A DNA stretch of 64,000 nucleotides, from positions 32,001 through 96,000 of the forward strand of contig CAVZMH010000002.1 in NCBI GenBank assembly GCA_963776345.1, in the 5' to 3' direction. A model generated the notes under the pieces. It had not been told where the DNA came from. It ran no database searches and saw nothing but the letters and a program-made list of their open reading frames with translations. Positions 1 to 10,019 of the stretch are shown piece by piece. Origin of the DNA: an uncultured delta proteobacterium. GTDB taxonomy: Bacteria; Myxococcota; Myxococcia; Myxococcales; Myxococcaceae. The position numbers and the translations under genes were made by a program. The number at the start of each line of letters is the position of its first letter. Position 1 is the stretch's first letter.

Positions 1-1
1 G

Positions 2-1453
2 TCCGAGCTGCAGTCTCGCTGGCGGCCCCGGCTCGAGCCGCTGCTCTCCGAGGTGCTGCGGTTCCCCACGGTGCACGGGAGCCAGGAGGCGCTCGCGGCG
101 CAGCGGGCCTGGCTCGCGCGGGTGGCCCCGGAGCTGGGGCTGGTGGTTCATGACCGCGAGACGATGACCGAGATCGATCTCCCCGGTCCCGAGGGTGCCC
201 CGGTGCTGGGGCTGGTGGTCCATGGAGACCTGCAGCCGGTGAACGCCTCCGAGTGGACCGTCCCGCCCTTCTCCGGGACGGTGAAGGACGGCGTGGTGTG
301 GGGCCGCGGCGCCGCGGACGACAAGGGGCCGCTGGTGCAGGCGCTGCTGGCGATGGCGGCGCTGAAGAGCTCGGGGCTGGCGCGGACCTACACCGTGCGG
401 CTCCTGGTGGGCACCGACGAGGAGGGAGGCGCCTCCGACCTGGAGGAGTACAAGAAGCGCTACCCGCTGCCGGACGTGAGCCTGGTGCTGGACAGCGACT
501 TCCCGGTGGTGGCGGGGGAGAAGGCTTGGGCGGAGTGGATCGTCACCGCGGACGAGCGGCCCGCGGCGGCGGAGGGGCCGGTGGAGGTGGTCGACCTCGC
601 GGCGGGGCAGGCGGTGAGCATCGTTCCGGACCGGGCCACGCTCACCCTCCGGTGGCGCTCGGGCACGCCGGACTGGGAGCGCTGGCTCGCCCCGGTGCGC
701 GCGGCGCGGTTGCCGCGGGACACGTCGCTGGAGATCTCCGGTACGGGCGCCGAGCGGACCCTGGTCGCGCACGGCCGGGCGGCGCACGCCGGGGTGGGGC
801 TGGTGCGGGGGCGCAACGCGCTGGTCGCCCTGGGGGTGGCGGTGCACGGGCGGCTTCCCCCGAGCGCGGCGGCAGATCTCCTGGAGTACACCCGGGTGGC
901 CGGCGCGGACACGCGGGGGCGCGGGCTGGGGCTGACCTTGAACGATCCGCTCTGGGGAGCGGTGGACACCAACTTCGGGATGATCCAGCGCGACGAGAAG
1001 GGCGGGCTCGCGCTGCACGTGAACCTGCGCTCCCCGCCGGCGCTCTGGGGTGAGGCCTTGAAGGCGCGGGTGGACGCGCACGCCCAGGCGTTCGCGACGC
1101 GGAGGGGCGCGCGGTTCGAGACCGGAGGTGAGTTCGGGTACGAGCCGTTCGTCGTCCCGGCGAGCGCGCCGCTGGTGCAGCGGCTGCTCGGGGCGTACGC
1201 GCGCGGCGCCGGCCGGCCGGGGAAGCCGGTGGTGAGCGCGGGCGGGACGTACGCGCGGCGGATGACGAACGCCATCGCCTTCGGGATGTGGTTCCGGGAG
1301 GACGGCGTGTACCCGGGCCACAACTCGGACGAGCGCGTGGAGATCCGCTCGCTCGAGCGCGGGCTCCACGTCCTGGCCGAGGCCCTGGGCGACCTGGCCA
1401 CCGGTCCAAGGCTGGAGCACCCCCTCGAGGCAGCCGCGCCCGCTCGACCCTGA
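2..1453 (+). CDS. M20 family metallopeptidase (PepV/Sapep-like dipeptidase), 5' truncated by window edge
   Basis: Metal-binding motifs HGD, GRGAADDKGP, TDEE, GGTYAR and a C-terminal H(NSDE). The frame is open from position 2. Confidence 0.85.
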   Translation, partial: SELQSRWRPRLEPLLSEVLRFPTVHGSQEALAAQRAWLARVAPELGLVVHDRETMTEIDLPGPEGAPVLGLVVHGDLQPVNASEWTVPPFSGTVKDGVVWGRGAADDKGPLVQALLAMAALKSSGLARTYTVRLLVGTDEEGGASDLEEYKKRYPLPDVSLVLDSDFPVVAGEKAWAEWIVTADERPAAAEGPVEVVDLAAGQAVSIVPDRATLTLRWRSGTPDWERWLAPVRAARLPRDTSLEISGTGAERTLVAHGRAAHAGVGLVRGRNALVALGVAVHGRLPPSAAADLLEYTRVAGADTRGRGLGLTLNDPLWGAVDTNFGMIQRDEKGGLALHVNLRSPPALWGEALKARVDAHAQAFATRRGARFETGGEFGYEPFVVPASAPLVQRLLGAYARGAGRPGKPVVSAGGTYARRMTNAIAFGMWFREDGVYPGHNSDERVEIRSLERGLHVLAEALGDLATGPRLEHPLEAAAPARP

Positions 1454-1480
1454 ACGCACGGGTCCAGAGGACGGCACGCC

Positions 1481-1972
1481 TCACTCGCAGGTGAGCTTCG
1501 TCCGTGCGTTCACCTCCGCCCCCCAGCGGATGCAGGTCCGGACGCCGCTCTGGCTCCCCTCGAACTCCCGGCAGGGCCGGAGCCGGTAGACGAGAAGCGT
1601 CGGCTTTCCGTTGCTACCGATCACCTGCACCGGTGGCGGCGTGCCGGTCGCGTCCAGCCGCACGAAGGCACCTCCGGCATCCGGGGAGAAGACGCCGCGG
1701 AACGTCCAGGGCACTCCCCCCGTGGTTCCCTCGAACAGCCAGGCGCCTCGATCGGGGCGCACGTGCGTCCACGCCGGATCCGTCGGCCAGACGAACTCGC
1801 GCCAGGTGTACCGGCTGGGCTTCTCGTCGACGGTGCCGTCGGGGTTCATGGCCACGAACGGCACCGGCGCCGCGCCGATGTTCGTGCCGTCGAAGATGCA
1901 GTACTGCGGTCCGCGCTGGCAGGCAGTGAGGAGCTGAGCGAGGGAGATCGCGGCGAGCAAGGAACGGCGCAC
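1481..1972 (-). CDS. Hypothetical lipoprotein
   Basis: Signal peptide with lipobox LTAC; 163 aa; no family recognised. Confidence 0.6.
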   Translation of the reverse strand: MRRSLLAAISLAQLLTACQRGPQYCIFDGTNIGAAPVPFVAMNPDGTVDEKPSRYTWREFVWPTDPAWTHVRPDRGAWLFEGTTGGVPWTFRGVFSPDAGGAFVRLDATGTPPPVQVIGSNGKPTLLVYRLRPCREFEGSQSGVRTCIRWGAEVNARTKLTCE

Positions 1973-2090
1973 GGACGCCGGTCTCGCAGCCGGGCGCCGC
2001 GCCGGTCAAGCGTTCAGGACCTGGCGGCCGCGCCTCGAGGTGGGATGAGGCGGTCGAGGTCGCGGCAGTCGCGGCGATGGGGAAGGGCAC

Positions 2091-2942
2091 CTACGTCGCC
2101 GCGCGGCGACTGCCGTGGCGCATCGAGTATACGTGGGTGAACTCCGCCCCGAGGTACAGGAGCATCGCGGAGTAGTGGACCCAGAGCAGCAGGATCACGA
2201 CCGAGCCTGCCGCTCCGTAGCTCGACGCCACGCTCACCTTCCCCAGATAGAAGCCGATCGCCAGCTTTCCGATGGTGAAGAGCAGGGAGGTGACCAGCGC
2301 GCCGAGCCACACGTCCCGCCAGGCCACCTCGGTGTCGGGGAGGACCTTGTAGATCATCGCGAACAGCCCGGTGGCCACCACCAGGCTCACCAGGGTGTTG
2401 AGGGCCTCGCCCACCGCGGCGCCGCCCGGGAGAAGGGCGCTCAGGTACCCGCCCAGCGCCGCGAGGATCAGCGCGACCAGCAGGAGGAACCCGATCCCCA
2501 GCACCATGCTGAAGGAGAGGAAGCGCACCCGGAGGAAGTCGACGATGCCTTTCGTGGTCGGCGGCTTCGCCTCCCAGATGATGTTCATCGCGCCCTGCAG
2601 CTGGGCGAAGACGCCGCTCGCCGCGAAGAGCAAGGTGGCCAGGCCCACGATGGTGGCGACGATGCCTCTGGACCTCTGCTGGTTCAGGTTGGCGACCAGC
2701 CGCTGGACCGCCCTGGCGCTCGCCTCGCCCATCATGCCCGCGAGGTGCGTGTAGAGCAGGCCTTCCGCCGCCTGCCGGCCGAAGACCAGGCCGGCGACGG
2801 CGGCGGCGATGAGCACCAGCGGCGCGAGCGAGAACAGCGCGTAGTACGCCAGCGCCGCGGCGAGCGTGCTGGCCCTGTTCTCGGTCCAGCGCTTCAACGT
2901 CTCCTTGCCCAGCGTGACCAACGTTCCGAGCGCGCCTGCCAT
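2091..2942 (-). CDS. YihY/virulence factor BrkB family membrane protein
   Basis: AAALAYYALFSLAPL, YKVLPD and YGAAGSVVILLLWVHYS motifs. Start taken at the ATG at 2942, inside the longer shadow ORF. Confidence 0.9.
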   Translation of the reverse strand: MAGALGTLVTLGKETLKRWTENRASTLAAALAYYALFSLAPLVLIAAAVAGLVFGRQAAEGLLYTHLAGMMGEASARAVQRLVANLNQQRSRGIVATIVGLATLLFAASGVFAQLQGAMNIIWEAKPPTTKGIVDFLRVRFLSFSMVLGIGFLLLVALILAALGGYLSALLPGGAAVGEALNTLVSLVVATGLFAMIYKVLPDTEVAWRDVWLGALVTSLLFTIGKLAIGFYLGKVSVASSYGAAGSVVILLLWVHYSAMLLYLGAEFTHVYSMRHGSRRAAT

Positions 2943-3077
2943 CGCGCGAATGCTACTCGAAGGCCTGGAGGGCGCACCGGCACTCGTCCATCGAGCGAAT
3001 CGTGCGCGGACGGCCCGCCGCTTGCTTCGTCCGGTCCGTCCGGCTGTCAGCAGCACCGGGCATTGTGGGGGACTTCC

Positions 3078-4439
3078 ATGGCCAAGCCGCGCACCCATTT
3101 CACCTGTCAGGCCTGCGGGTTCCAGGCCGCGAAGTGGCTGGGCCGCTGCCCGGATTGCAGCGGCTGGAACACGCTGGTCGAGGAGGCGGCGCCGGCGGAG
3201 GACCGCCGGCCGGCGTGGGGTGCCTCGGGTGGATCGGCCCGGCCGGTGAAGCTGGTCGACGTCGAGGGCGAGGCGGAGGAGCGACGGCGCACCGGCATCG
3301 GCGAGCTGGACCGCGTGCTCGGAGGCGGCGTGGTCCCGGGGTCGCTGGTGCTCCTGGGCGGCGACCCGGGAATCGGGAAGTCCACGCTCCTCCTCTCGGC
3401 GGTCGAGCGGCTGGCGGCCTCGGGTCCGGTGCTCTACGTGTCGGGCGAGGAGTCGCTGCGGCAGACGAAGATGCGGGCGGACCGGCTCGGCGTCCGCTCG
3501 AGCGCAGTGCACCTGTTCGCCGAGACGGACGCCGAGAAGGTCCTCGTCGCGGCCGAGTCGCTCCGCCCCGTGGCTCTGGTGGTCGACTCGATCCAGACCA
3601 TGTTCCTCGCCGAGCTGGGGAGCGCGCCCGGCACGCTCAGCCAGGTGCGCGAGGTGGCGGGCCGGCTGATGGCGCACGCCAAGCGCTCGGGCGTGCCGAC
3701 GTTCCTCGTGGGGCACGTGACGAAGGACGGGAGCATCGCGGGCCCCCGGGTCCTCGAGCACATGGTGGACACCGTCCTCTACTTCGAAGGCGAGCGCGGG
3801 CACCCGTTCCGCATCCTCCGGGCGCACAAGAACCGGTTCGGATCGACCAACGAGATCGGCGTGTTCGAGATGAAGGGCTCGGGTCTGGAGGAGGTCTCGG
3901 ACCCCTCGGCCCTGTTCCTGGCCGAGCGCCCCGCGGGGAAGCCCGGCTCGGCGGTGACGGCCACGCTCTCCGGCACCCGACCGCTCCTGGTGGAGGTGCA
4001 GGCGCTGGTCGCGCCGACGGGGTACGGGACGGCGAGGCGCACGGCGATCGGCGTCGACGGGAACCGGGTGGCGCTGCTCGCGGCGGTGCTGGAAAAGAAG
4101 GAGGACGTCCAGCTCACGGGCTGCGACACCTTCGTGAACGTCGCGGGCGGAATGACGCTCTCCGAGCCGGCGTCGGACCTGGCGGTGTGCGCGGCGCTGG
4201 TCTCGTCTCTCCGCAACGTCGCCATGCCGCAGGACGTCCTGGTCCTCGGCGAGGTCGGGCTGGCGGGCGAGGTGCGGGCGGTCGCGCAGATCGAGCCGCG
4301 GCTCGCCGAGGCCGGGAAGATGGGCTTCGGCCGCGCGGTGCTGCCGAAGGGGAGCGCACGGCGGGTGGAGTCGCGCGGTGTGAAGCTGCTCCCGGTCGAG
4401 ACGCTCGGCGAGGCGCTCGAGGTCCTGTTCCCGCGCTGA
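3078..4439 (+). CDS. radA: DNA repair protein RadA/Sms
   Basis: N-terminal CxxC..CxxC zinc finger, Walker A GDPGIGKS, KNRFG motif, Lon-like C-terminus. Confidence 0.97.
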   Translation: MAKPRTHFTCQACGFQAAKWLGRCPDCSGWNTLVEEAAPAEDRRPAWGASGGSARPVKLVDVEGEAEERRRTGIGELDRVLGGGVVPGSLVLLGGDPGIGKSTLLLSAVERLAASGPVLYVSGEESLRQTKMRADRLGVRSSAVHLFAETDAEKVLVAAESLRPVALVVDSIQTMFLAELGSAPGTLSQVREVAGRLMAHAKRSGVPTFLVGHVTKDGSIAGPRVLEHMVDTVLYFEGERGHPFRILRAHKNRFGSTNEIGVFEMKGSGLEEVSDPSALFLAERPAGKPGSAVTATLSGTRPLLVEVQALVAPTGYGTARRTAIGVDGNRVALLAAVLEKKEDVQLTGCDTFVNVAGGMTLSEPASDLAVCAALVSSLRNVAMPQDVLVLGEVGLAGEVRAVAQIEPRLAEAGKMGFGRAVLPKGSARRVESRGVKLLPVETLGEALEVLFPR

Positions 4440-4454
4440 GCCGGCAGGCCTCGG

Positions 4455-4829
4455 CTAGGCCGACGGGTCCGGGATGGCGCGGCGGATGGCGTCGGCGAGC
4501 GCGTCGGTCTCGCTGAAGGGCATCCCGAAGAAGCGCTCGAAGAGCTCGGCCTCGAGGTCCTCTCGCCAGGTGGGCTCGGCCGGGTCAATCTCGATCCCGA
4601 CCATCGAGGCGGCCCGGACCGCGAGCTCGGGGCGCCGGCGCTGTGCGAGGACCTGGATCATGGCGCGCGGATACTGCGTCGCTCGCCAGGCGGTGCGGAC
4701 GTCGTGCACGTCCACCGGCTTCCCGTCACGGAGCTTCCGCTCGAGCTGGACGAGCGGGTCCTCCGCCTCGCGCTCGGCTGCGGCATCGGCCCGGTCCTGT
4801 GGGTCACGGCGTGACACGTCGGGGAGCAT
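4455..4829 (-). CDS. Hypothetical protein
   Basis: 124-aa ORF with normal composition that fills the gap after radA. Confidence 0.6.
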   Translation of the reverse strand: MLPDVSRRDPQDRADAAAEREAEDPLVQLERKLRDGKPVDVHDVRTAWRATQYPRAMIQVLAQRRRPELAVRAASMVGIEIDPAEPTWREDLEAELFERFFGMPFSETDALADAIRRAIPDPSA

Positions 4830-4983
4830 ACCGGGAGCCCGGGTGGCTCCTGGGAGGGGTCATCACGGCCTGACGGGTCAAGTCAGGGAGGCGACCGTCC
4901 CGGGGCTCGGTCGCACTGTCCACTACGCCGGACGCATGCCCCGCTTGCCGAACTCGAGCTCGGCTCAGTGGAGGCGTCCAGCG

Positions 4984-5169
4984 GAGGTGTCCTCCCGGCG
5001 GGAGGTGTCCCCGGCGGGAGGTGTCCCCGGCGGGAGGTGTCCCCGGCGGGAGGTGTCCCGGCGGGAGGTGTCAGACACCTCGTAATGGACACCTCCTCAG
5101 GGGCGGAGGTGTCCCCCCGCGGGAGGTGTCAGACACCTCGTCGAGGGACACCTCGTCAGGGGACACCTC
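4984..5169. repeat. Cluster of GAGGTGTC/GACACCTC half-sites: a ~16-bp tandem array plus two perfect palindromes GAGGTGTCAGACACCTC (REP-like)
   Basis: Forward half-sites at 4984, 5002, 5018, 5034, 5050, 5065, 5106, 5123. Reverse half-sites at 5074, 5088, 5132, 5147, 5162. Palindromes at 5065-5081 and 5123-5139. Confidence 0.9.
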
Positions 5170-5170
5170 G

Positions 5171-5887
5171 TCAGGCGCCCGTCTCGGCCCCCTCGGCCTC
5201 CGGAACCTCGGCGCGGAGCCGCCGGCTGGCCGTCCGCAGCCCCCGGGCGGCCAGCCCGCTCGCCAGGGCCCAGGCGAGCCCGACCGACCAGCCGCCCAGC
5301 ACGTCCGTCGGGTAGTGCACCCCGAGGTACAGCCGCGTCAGGCCGATGACGACGGTCAGGATGCCGGCGACCGTGAAGACGTAGACCCGCTCGCGCCACC
5401 GCGTGCAGAGCTGGGCGAGAAGCGTCCCGAGCGTCAGGTAGACGACCGCCGACATCATCGCGTGCCCGCTCGGGAAGCTGGCCGAAGTCTCCAGCAACAG
5501 CGGAGGCACCACGGTCGGCCGCGGACGCTCGAAGGCTCGCTTGAGCGTGAGCATCAGGAGCAGGCCGCCCCCCGAGGCTCCGAGCACCAGCAGCAGATTC
5601 CGCCACAGCCGGGCGAGCGCCAGGAACCCCGCCACGGCCAGCACGACCAGGAGGAGCACCGGGAGGCTCCCCAGGGAGGTCAGATTCCTCGTCGCGCCGG
5701 GCAGCCACGCCGGCCCGACGGGCACCGCCAGGTTGCCTGGAGTCCGGAGCGAGCGCAGCACCCACTCGTCCATCCGCTGCGTCTCGCCCTCCCGCACCTC
5801 GTCCCCGAGCTTCAGGAAGACGAACGCCGCGCCGCACAGCACGAGCAGCACCGCCAGGGGTCGAAGCAGGGTGCGGGTGCGGCCCAT
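5171..5887 (-). CDS. PAP2 family membrane phosphatase
   Basis: KRAFERPRP, SFPSGH and TRLYLGVHYPTDV motifs. Confidence 0.93.
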   Translation of the reverse strand: MGRTRTLLRPLAVLLVLCGAAFVFLKLGDEVREGETQRMDEWVLRSLRTPGNLAVPVGPAWLPGATRNLTSLGSLPVLLLVVLAVAGFLALARLWRNLLLVLGASGGGLLLMLTLKRAFERPRPTVVPPLLLETSASFPSGHAMMSAVVYLTLGTLLAQLCTRWRERVYVFTVAGILTVVIGLTRLYLGVHYPTDVLGGWSVGLAWALASGLAARGLRTASRRLRAEVPEAEGAETGA

Positions 5888-5937
5888 GCACCACAGCGTT
5901 CGTCACCGGGCAACGCACGGCAAGGGGAACCGGCGTT

Positions 5938-6744
5938 ATGCCTTCATCGATCATGGACGCACCGGCGCTGTTCATCTCCCACGGCTCTCCCCAGATCGCC
6001 CTCGATCCGGGCGACTTCGGTCCGGCGCTGCACGGCTGGGCATCGGGGGCCCCCAGGCCGCGGGCGCTGCTCGTTGTCTCGGCGCACTTCCAGACCGGCG
6101 GCGGCGCAGCCGTGACCGGGGCCGAGCACCCCGAGACGGTGCACGACTTCAGCGGCTTCGACCCGGCGCTGTACCGGCTCCGCTACCCCGCGCCGGGCAA
6201 CCCGGGGCTGGCCGCGCGCGTCGTGGAGCTCGTCCGGGCCGGCGGCCGCCCGGCGACAGTCGACCCCACCCGAGGGCTCGACCACGGTGCGTGGATTCCC
6301 CTGCGCTTCCTGTTCCCCGAGGCGGACATCCCCGTGGTGCAGCTCTCGCTCCCGGCGGAGGCGGGCTGGGAGGACCTGGTCCAGCTGGGTGCGCAGCTGC
6401 GCCCGCTCCGGGCCGAGGGCGTCTGGGTCGTCGGCAGCGGCGGGCTGGTGCACAACTTCCGGAAGCTCGCGTGGAACGACGCGGACGCCCCCGTGGCGCC
6501 CTGGGCCACGGAGGCAGAGTCACGCTTCGTGGAGCGGGTCCGCACGCGGGACGTGGCCGGCGCGGTGCAGCTGGCCAGCGAGGACGCCGGGATGCGCCTG
6601 GCCGCGCCCACGCCCGAGCACCTCGCCCCCGCCTTCGTCACCCTCGGGGCGTCGACCGACCGGGACGCATTCCAGGACGTCTACCTCGGCTTCCGGCATG
6701 CGACGCTGTCGATGCGGACGTTCGCGTTCACCGCGGCAGCCTGA
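5938..6744 (+). CDS. DODA-type extradiol ring-cleavage dioxygenase (LigB/YgiD family)
   Basis: FISHGSP, SAH, GLDHGAW, GSGGLVHN and PTPEH motifs. The start could instead be 5953. Confidence 0.92.
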   Translation: MPSSIMDAPALFISHGSPQIALDPGDFGPALHGWASGAPRPRALLVVSAHFQTGGGAAVTGAEHPETVHDFSGFDPALYRLRYPAPGNPGLAARVVELVRAGGRPATVDPTRGLDHGAWIPLRFLFPEADIPVVQLSLPAEAGWEDLVQLGAQLRPLRAEGVWVVGSGGLVHNFRKLAWNDADAPVAPWATEAESRFVERVRTRDVAGAVQLASEDAGMRLAAPTPEHLAPAFVTLGASTDRDAFQDVYLGFRHATLSMRTFAFTAAA

Positions 6745-6867
6745 GCGGCCCGGCGCACCCGGCGAGGCAGGACGAGGCGCGATGGCCTGTCGCTCGGGGG
6801 GCCAGGGGGTTCCACGACGAGGCGAGGCGGCACGGGCAGCGAAGCTCCGCCCGTCCGCGCCGGAGCC

Positions 6868-7416
6868 TCAGACGCCGAGCACGGCGCGCGCCTTCGACAG
6901 CAGCCGCTTCATCTCCGGCGTCCCGGCCCCGTGGAGCGCCTCGTCGAACTCGAACCACCGCACGCCGCGGCTCTCCGCCGGGTCGACCCGCAGCGCTTCC
7001 GGCTGCTCGGTCAGCACGAGGAACCGGACGTCGAGGTGCAGGTGCGCGGGCTCCGTCCCCTGGCTCGGGATGGGGTGCACGTCCACGTCGAGCGGCCGCG
7101 GCGCCGCCGGGTGGGGAACGACCGGGCACCCGGTCTCCTCCTCCGCCTCCCGCAGCGCGGTGGCGAGCAGGTCCTGCCCGTCGCCCGGCTCGACGTGGCC
7201 ACCGGGCTGGAGCCAGCGCCCCAGCTTCCGGTGATGCACCAGCGCCACCCGCGTCCCGTCGGTCACCACGGCGCTCCCGGTGAAGTGCGCTGCCGGCTGG
7301 CTCCGGGAGAGCGGAGCCGGGAGCAGCCCGAGCTGCGCCTTCATCAGGGCGAGATCGGCCTGCTCCTTGTCATCCGTCGGCACCACGGCGGCGAGCAGCG
7401 CGTCCAGTCGGTCCAT
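6868..7416 (-). CDS. NUDIX hydrolase
   Basis: HFTGS, WLQPGGHVE and the Nudix box ALREAEEETG. Confidence 0.92.
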   Translation of the reverse strand: MDRLDALLAAVVPTDDKEQADLALMKAQLGLLPAPLSRSQPAAHFTGSAVVTDGTRVALVHHRKLGRWLQPGGHVEPGDGQDLLATALREAEEETGCPVVPHPAAPRPLDVDVHPIPSQGTEPAHLHLDVRFLVLTEQPEALRVDPAESRGVRWFEFDEALHGAGTPEMKRLLSKARAVLGV

Positions 7417-7548
7417 GGCGGCGGGCCGATGCTCCCACGGTTCACGCCACCGCGCATGGGCCCCGTGGCGCGGACATCGGTCCTGGTCCCGGCAGGGTGC
7501 CGGGCGACGAGCTCCGCCGGGGCCTTCACCCGGAGCCGGGCCGCGTTC

Positions 7549-9885
7549 CTAGTAGGGGTACAGGGATGACCAGTCCGAGAAGCCGCCCGCGAGCACCTCG
7601 GCCGGGCTGAAGAAGCGGCCCATCCGGTTCTCGTCGATGACCATCGTGGCCCCGCCGGGCGCAGCGCCGAACCGGCCGACGAACGCGCGGAAGACCGACT
7701 CGGTCTCCGCGTCCAGCGGATACTCGAAGGCATAGGTCTTCCAGCGCTGCCACGGCTCGATCCCGTTCCTGGAGCGCCACCAGGTGAGATCGACGTGCTC
7801 GTAGCTGACGCCGGCCACGCTGTAGGTGGAGACGTGACGCTCGAGGCTGAGCAGGTCGTCGATGTTGTCGTCGGGATCCATGTTCGCGATGTAGAGGTCC
7901 TTGACCGGATCGCCCAGTGTCGCGTTGAGCCGTTGCCAGGGCCCGATCGCCGACTCGGAGATCGCCCAGTGCCCGTCCACCACCGCCAGCACGTCGGTGA
8001 CGCCGTCGCCGGTGAAGTCCCCGAAGCGGAGCTCGCTCATCGGGAAGCTGGAACTCGCGACGGGGCTCCAGGCCGCTCCCGAGAGCGGGGTCACGTACCA
8101 CTGGCCGACGGGACTGCGGAAGAAGGCGTGCGTCGTCTGCAGCGTCACGCCGGGCCGGTGGTCCCTCACGGATGGATCGAACCGGCCGAGCTGGACCTCG
8201 GCGAGCGGAACACCGAACGCGCCGAGCGACCTCCACGGTCCGGTACCGCCGCTGGAGACGAGCCACTGTCCGTCCCGCTCGGTCAGCACGTCGCAGCGCT
8301 GGTCCCCGTCGAAGTAGCCGAGCCTGACCTGCTCCAGCCGCTCCGTCCTGGCGGCGAGAAAGGACCACTGGAGCTCGCCGTAGCTCGAGAACCACCAGGT
8401 CCTCCCGGTGGCGAGGAAGAGGTCGTCCACCCCATCCCCATCGAAGTCGCAGACGCCATACTGCCCGAAGGTGTCGACATCGTAAGTGTTGTGCGGGCCC
8501 ACCGTGACGTTGTCGTTCGTGTAGAGGTCGATCGCGTCGTCCTGTCCGTAGGGGAAGACGTTGCCGTCGATGAGCGCTCCGATCGCCGGCTTCCCGCGGA
8601 GGTGAATGTCGGTGTCCTTCCGGTACTGAAAGGCGTTGGAGAGGATCCAGAACTGGATCCCGGCGTCGCCACATTGATCGTGGCTCCACCAGCAGCCGCT
8701 CCCATGGGCGTCGAAGATGTGGGTGTACGAGTTGAAGAAGTCCCCCTGGTACCCGCCGCCCCTGAGCACCAGGTTCTGCTCCGCCCAGTACCCTCCGGTC
8801 GGGGCGCCCGCCGCGATCGCGTGCCGGTTGAAGTCGAAGACGTTCCTGGAGATCCGCGCCCAGGCTCCGTTGTCGGTGTTCACACCGTAGCCCAGGGCGT
8901 GCCCAAGCCCGATGATGGGATAACCGCCCTCATCGGGGTGCTGATTGTGGTGGATGAAGTTGTCGTGGATGCGGACCTGGTCCGGGTTCATGATTCGACC
9001 GCCGGGGGCGTTGCTCTCCGAGGCGTGGTCGGGACCGACCTCGTCGACCACCTCGATTCCGACCCCACCCCAGCCGGCGATCTCCATGTTGGAGATCTCC
9101 ACGTCGATGCACCGGAAGACCCGGATGCCCTTCTCGGAGGTCTTCTGGAATCCGAGGTACGGGCCGAAGAGCCGGAAGCCCGAGATCCGGGCCCCGTCAC
9201 CCTCGAATACCGGCGCACCGTCATTGCCCTGGGCGCAGGCGATGTGCAGGAAGATGCCGGGGCCCTTGTCGCGCGCCTTTCCGTACCGCAGCACGGGCCC
9301 GAGCGAATGCGGCGTCCGGCCCGGCCCCGCGGGCGTCGGGAGCCCCGCGCCGACAGGCGGCGGTGGCCCAGCGCCGACAGGCGTCGGGGCGTCGAACGAG
9401 GCCACGCTGGTCAGGGTGACGCATCGGCCGAAGATCAGCGGAAACCAATCGCCCGGAAGATCCGAGAAATCCAGGTCCACACCCGGTCCGAGTCGGACCA
9501 GCATGTTGTCCATCGCCAGCGAGTCCTTGAGCTGCTGGCGCTGGCTCCTCCGGACCGCGGGATCCTCGCTCGCCACGATGTCCACCACCTGGCGATGGGA
9601 GGGGCACTGCGGCTGTCGATGCCCCAGCTCGGGAACGTGAGGCGAGCCCACATCCCGGGCCGGCGGGTCGCGGTCGCGCCCGTTCCACGACCGGTGGCCG
9701 GGCCGGAAGCCTCGTCCCTCCGCGGCTTCCTCGGAGCGCGGGTCGACAGGTCCATCTCGCCGGGCGTGCGAACGCTCGCCGGCGTTCTCCGCCGCCTCGG
9801 AGCGGCTCCTCTCCTCGTGCTCGGCGCGAGCGCCTCCGCTGGCGATCAGCAGCGCGGCCGCCATGACGCAGGCTCTGGCAGGCAT
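7549..9885 (-). CDS. Secreted protein with a right-handed beta-helix region and C-terminal FG-GAP/VCBS-like repeats
   Basis: Signal peptide after a GGGGA RBS. Beta-helix-like strings (IHDNFIHHN, ISRNVFDFNRH). Repeats DFDGDGVDDL, YFDGDQRCDV and GDFTGDGVTDV. Confidence 0.75.
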   Translation of the reverse strand: MPARACVMAAALLIASGGARAEHEERSRSEAAENAGERSHARRDGPVDPRSEEAAEGRGFRPGHRSWNGRDRDPPARDVGSPHVPELGHRQPQCPSHRQVVDIVASEDPAVRRSQRQQLKDSLAMDNMLVRLGPGVDLDFSDLPGDWFPLIFGRCVTLTSVASFDAPTPVGAGPPPPVGAGLPTPAGPGRTPHSLGPVLRYGKARDKGPGIFLHIACAQGNDGAPVFEGDGARISGFRLFGPYLGFQKTSEKGIRVFRCIDVEISNMEIAGWGGVGIEVVDEVGPDHASESNAPGGRIMNPDQVRIHDNFIHHNQHPDEGGYPIIGLGHALGYGVNTDNGAWARISRNVFDFNRHAIAAGAPTGGYWAEQNLVLRGGGYQGDFFNSYTHIFDAHGSGCWWSHDQCGDAGIQFWILSNAFQYRKDTDIHLRGKPAIGALIDGNVFPYGQDDAIDLYTNDNVTVGPHNTYDVDTFGQYGVCDFDGDGVDDLFLATGRTWWFSSYGELQWSFLAARTERLEQVRLGYFDGDQRCDVLTERDGQWLVSSGGTGPWRSLGAFGVPLAEVQLGRFDPSVRDHRPGVTLQTTHAFFRSPVGQWYVTPLSGAAWSPVASSSFPMSELRFGDFTGDGVTDVLAVVDGHWAISESAIGPWQRLNATLGDPVKDLYIANMDPDDNIDDLLSLERHVSTYSVAGVSYEHVDLTWWRSRNGIEPWQRWKTYAFEYPLDAETESVFRAFVGRFGAAPGGATMVIDENRMGRFFSPAEVLAGGFSDWSSLYPY

Positions 9886-10019
9886 CTGGATTCCCCGTGA
9901 GAGGGGTGGCTCAGGCGCCGCCCCACCCAGTGACACGAAATCGCCCGCCGAAAGCGGACACCGGCACACGAAGGCCTGGCGTTCTCGCACCGGGTGTCCT
10001 ACCAACGCCGGTTCGGCGC

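Noticed and set aside
2115..3077. N-terminal extension of RadA (774-aa track ORF)
   Set aside because: It is antisense to the YihY gene. RadA motifs begin at ATG 3078.
4984..5169. Possible CRISPR array
   Set aside because: Units are about 16 bp with no unique spacers, orientation is mixed, and no cas genes are in the window.
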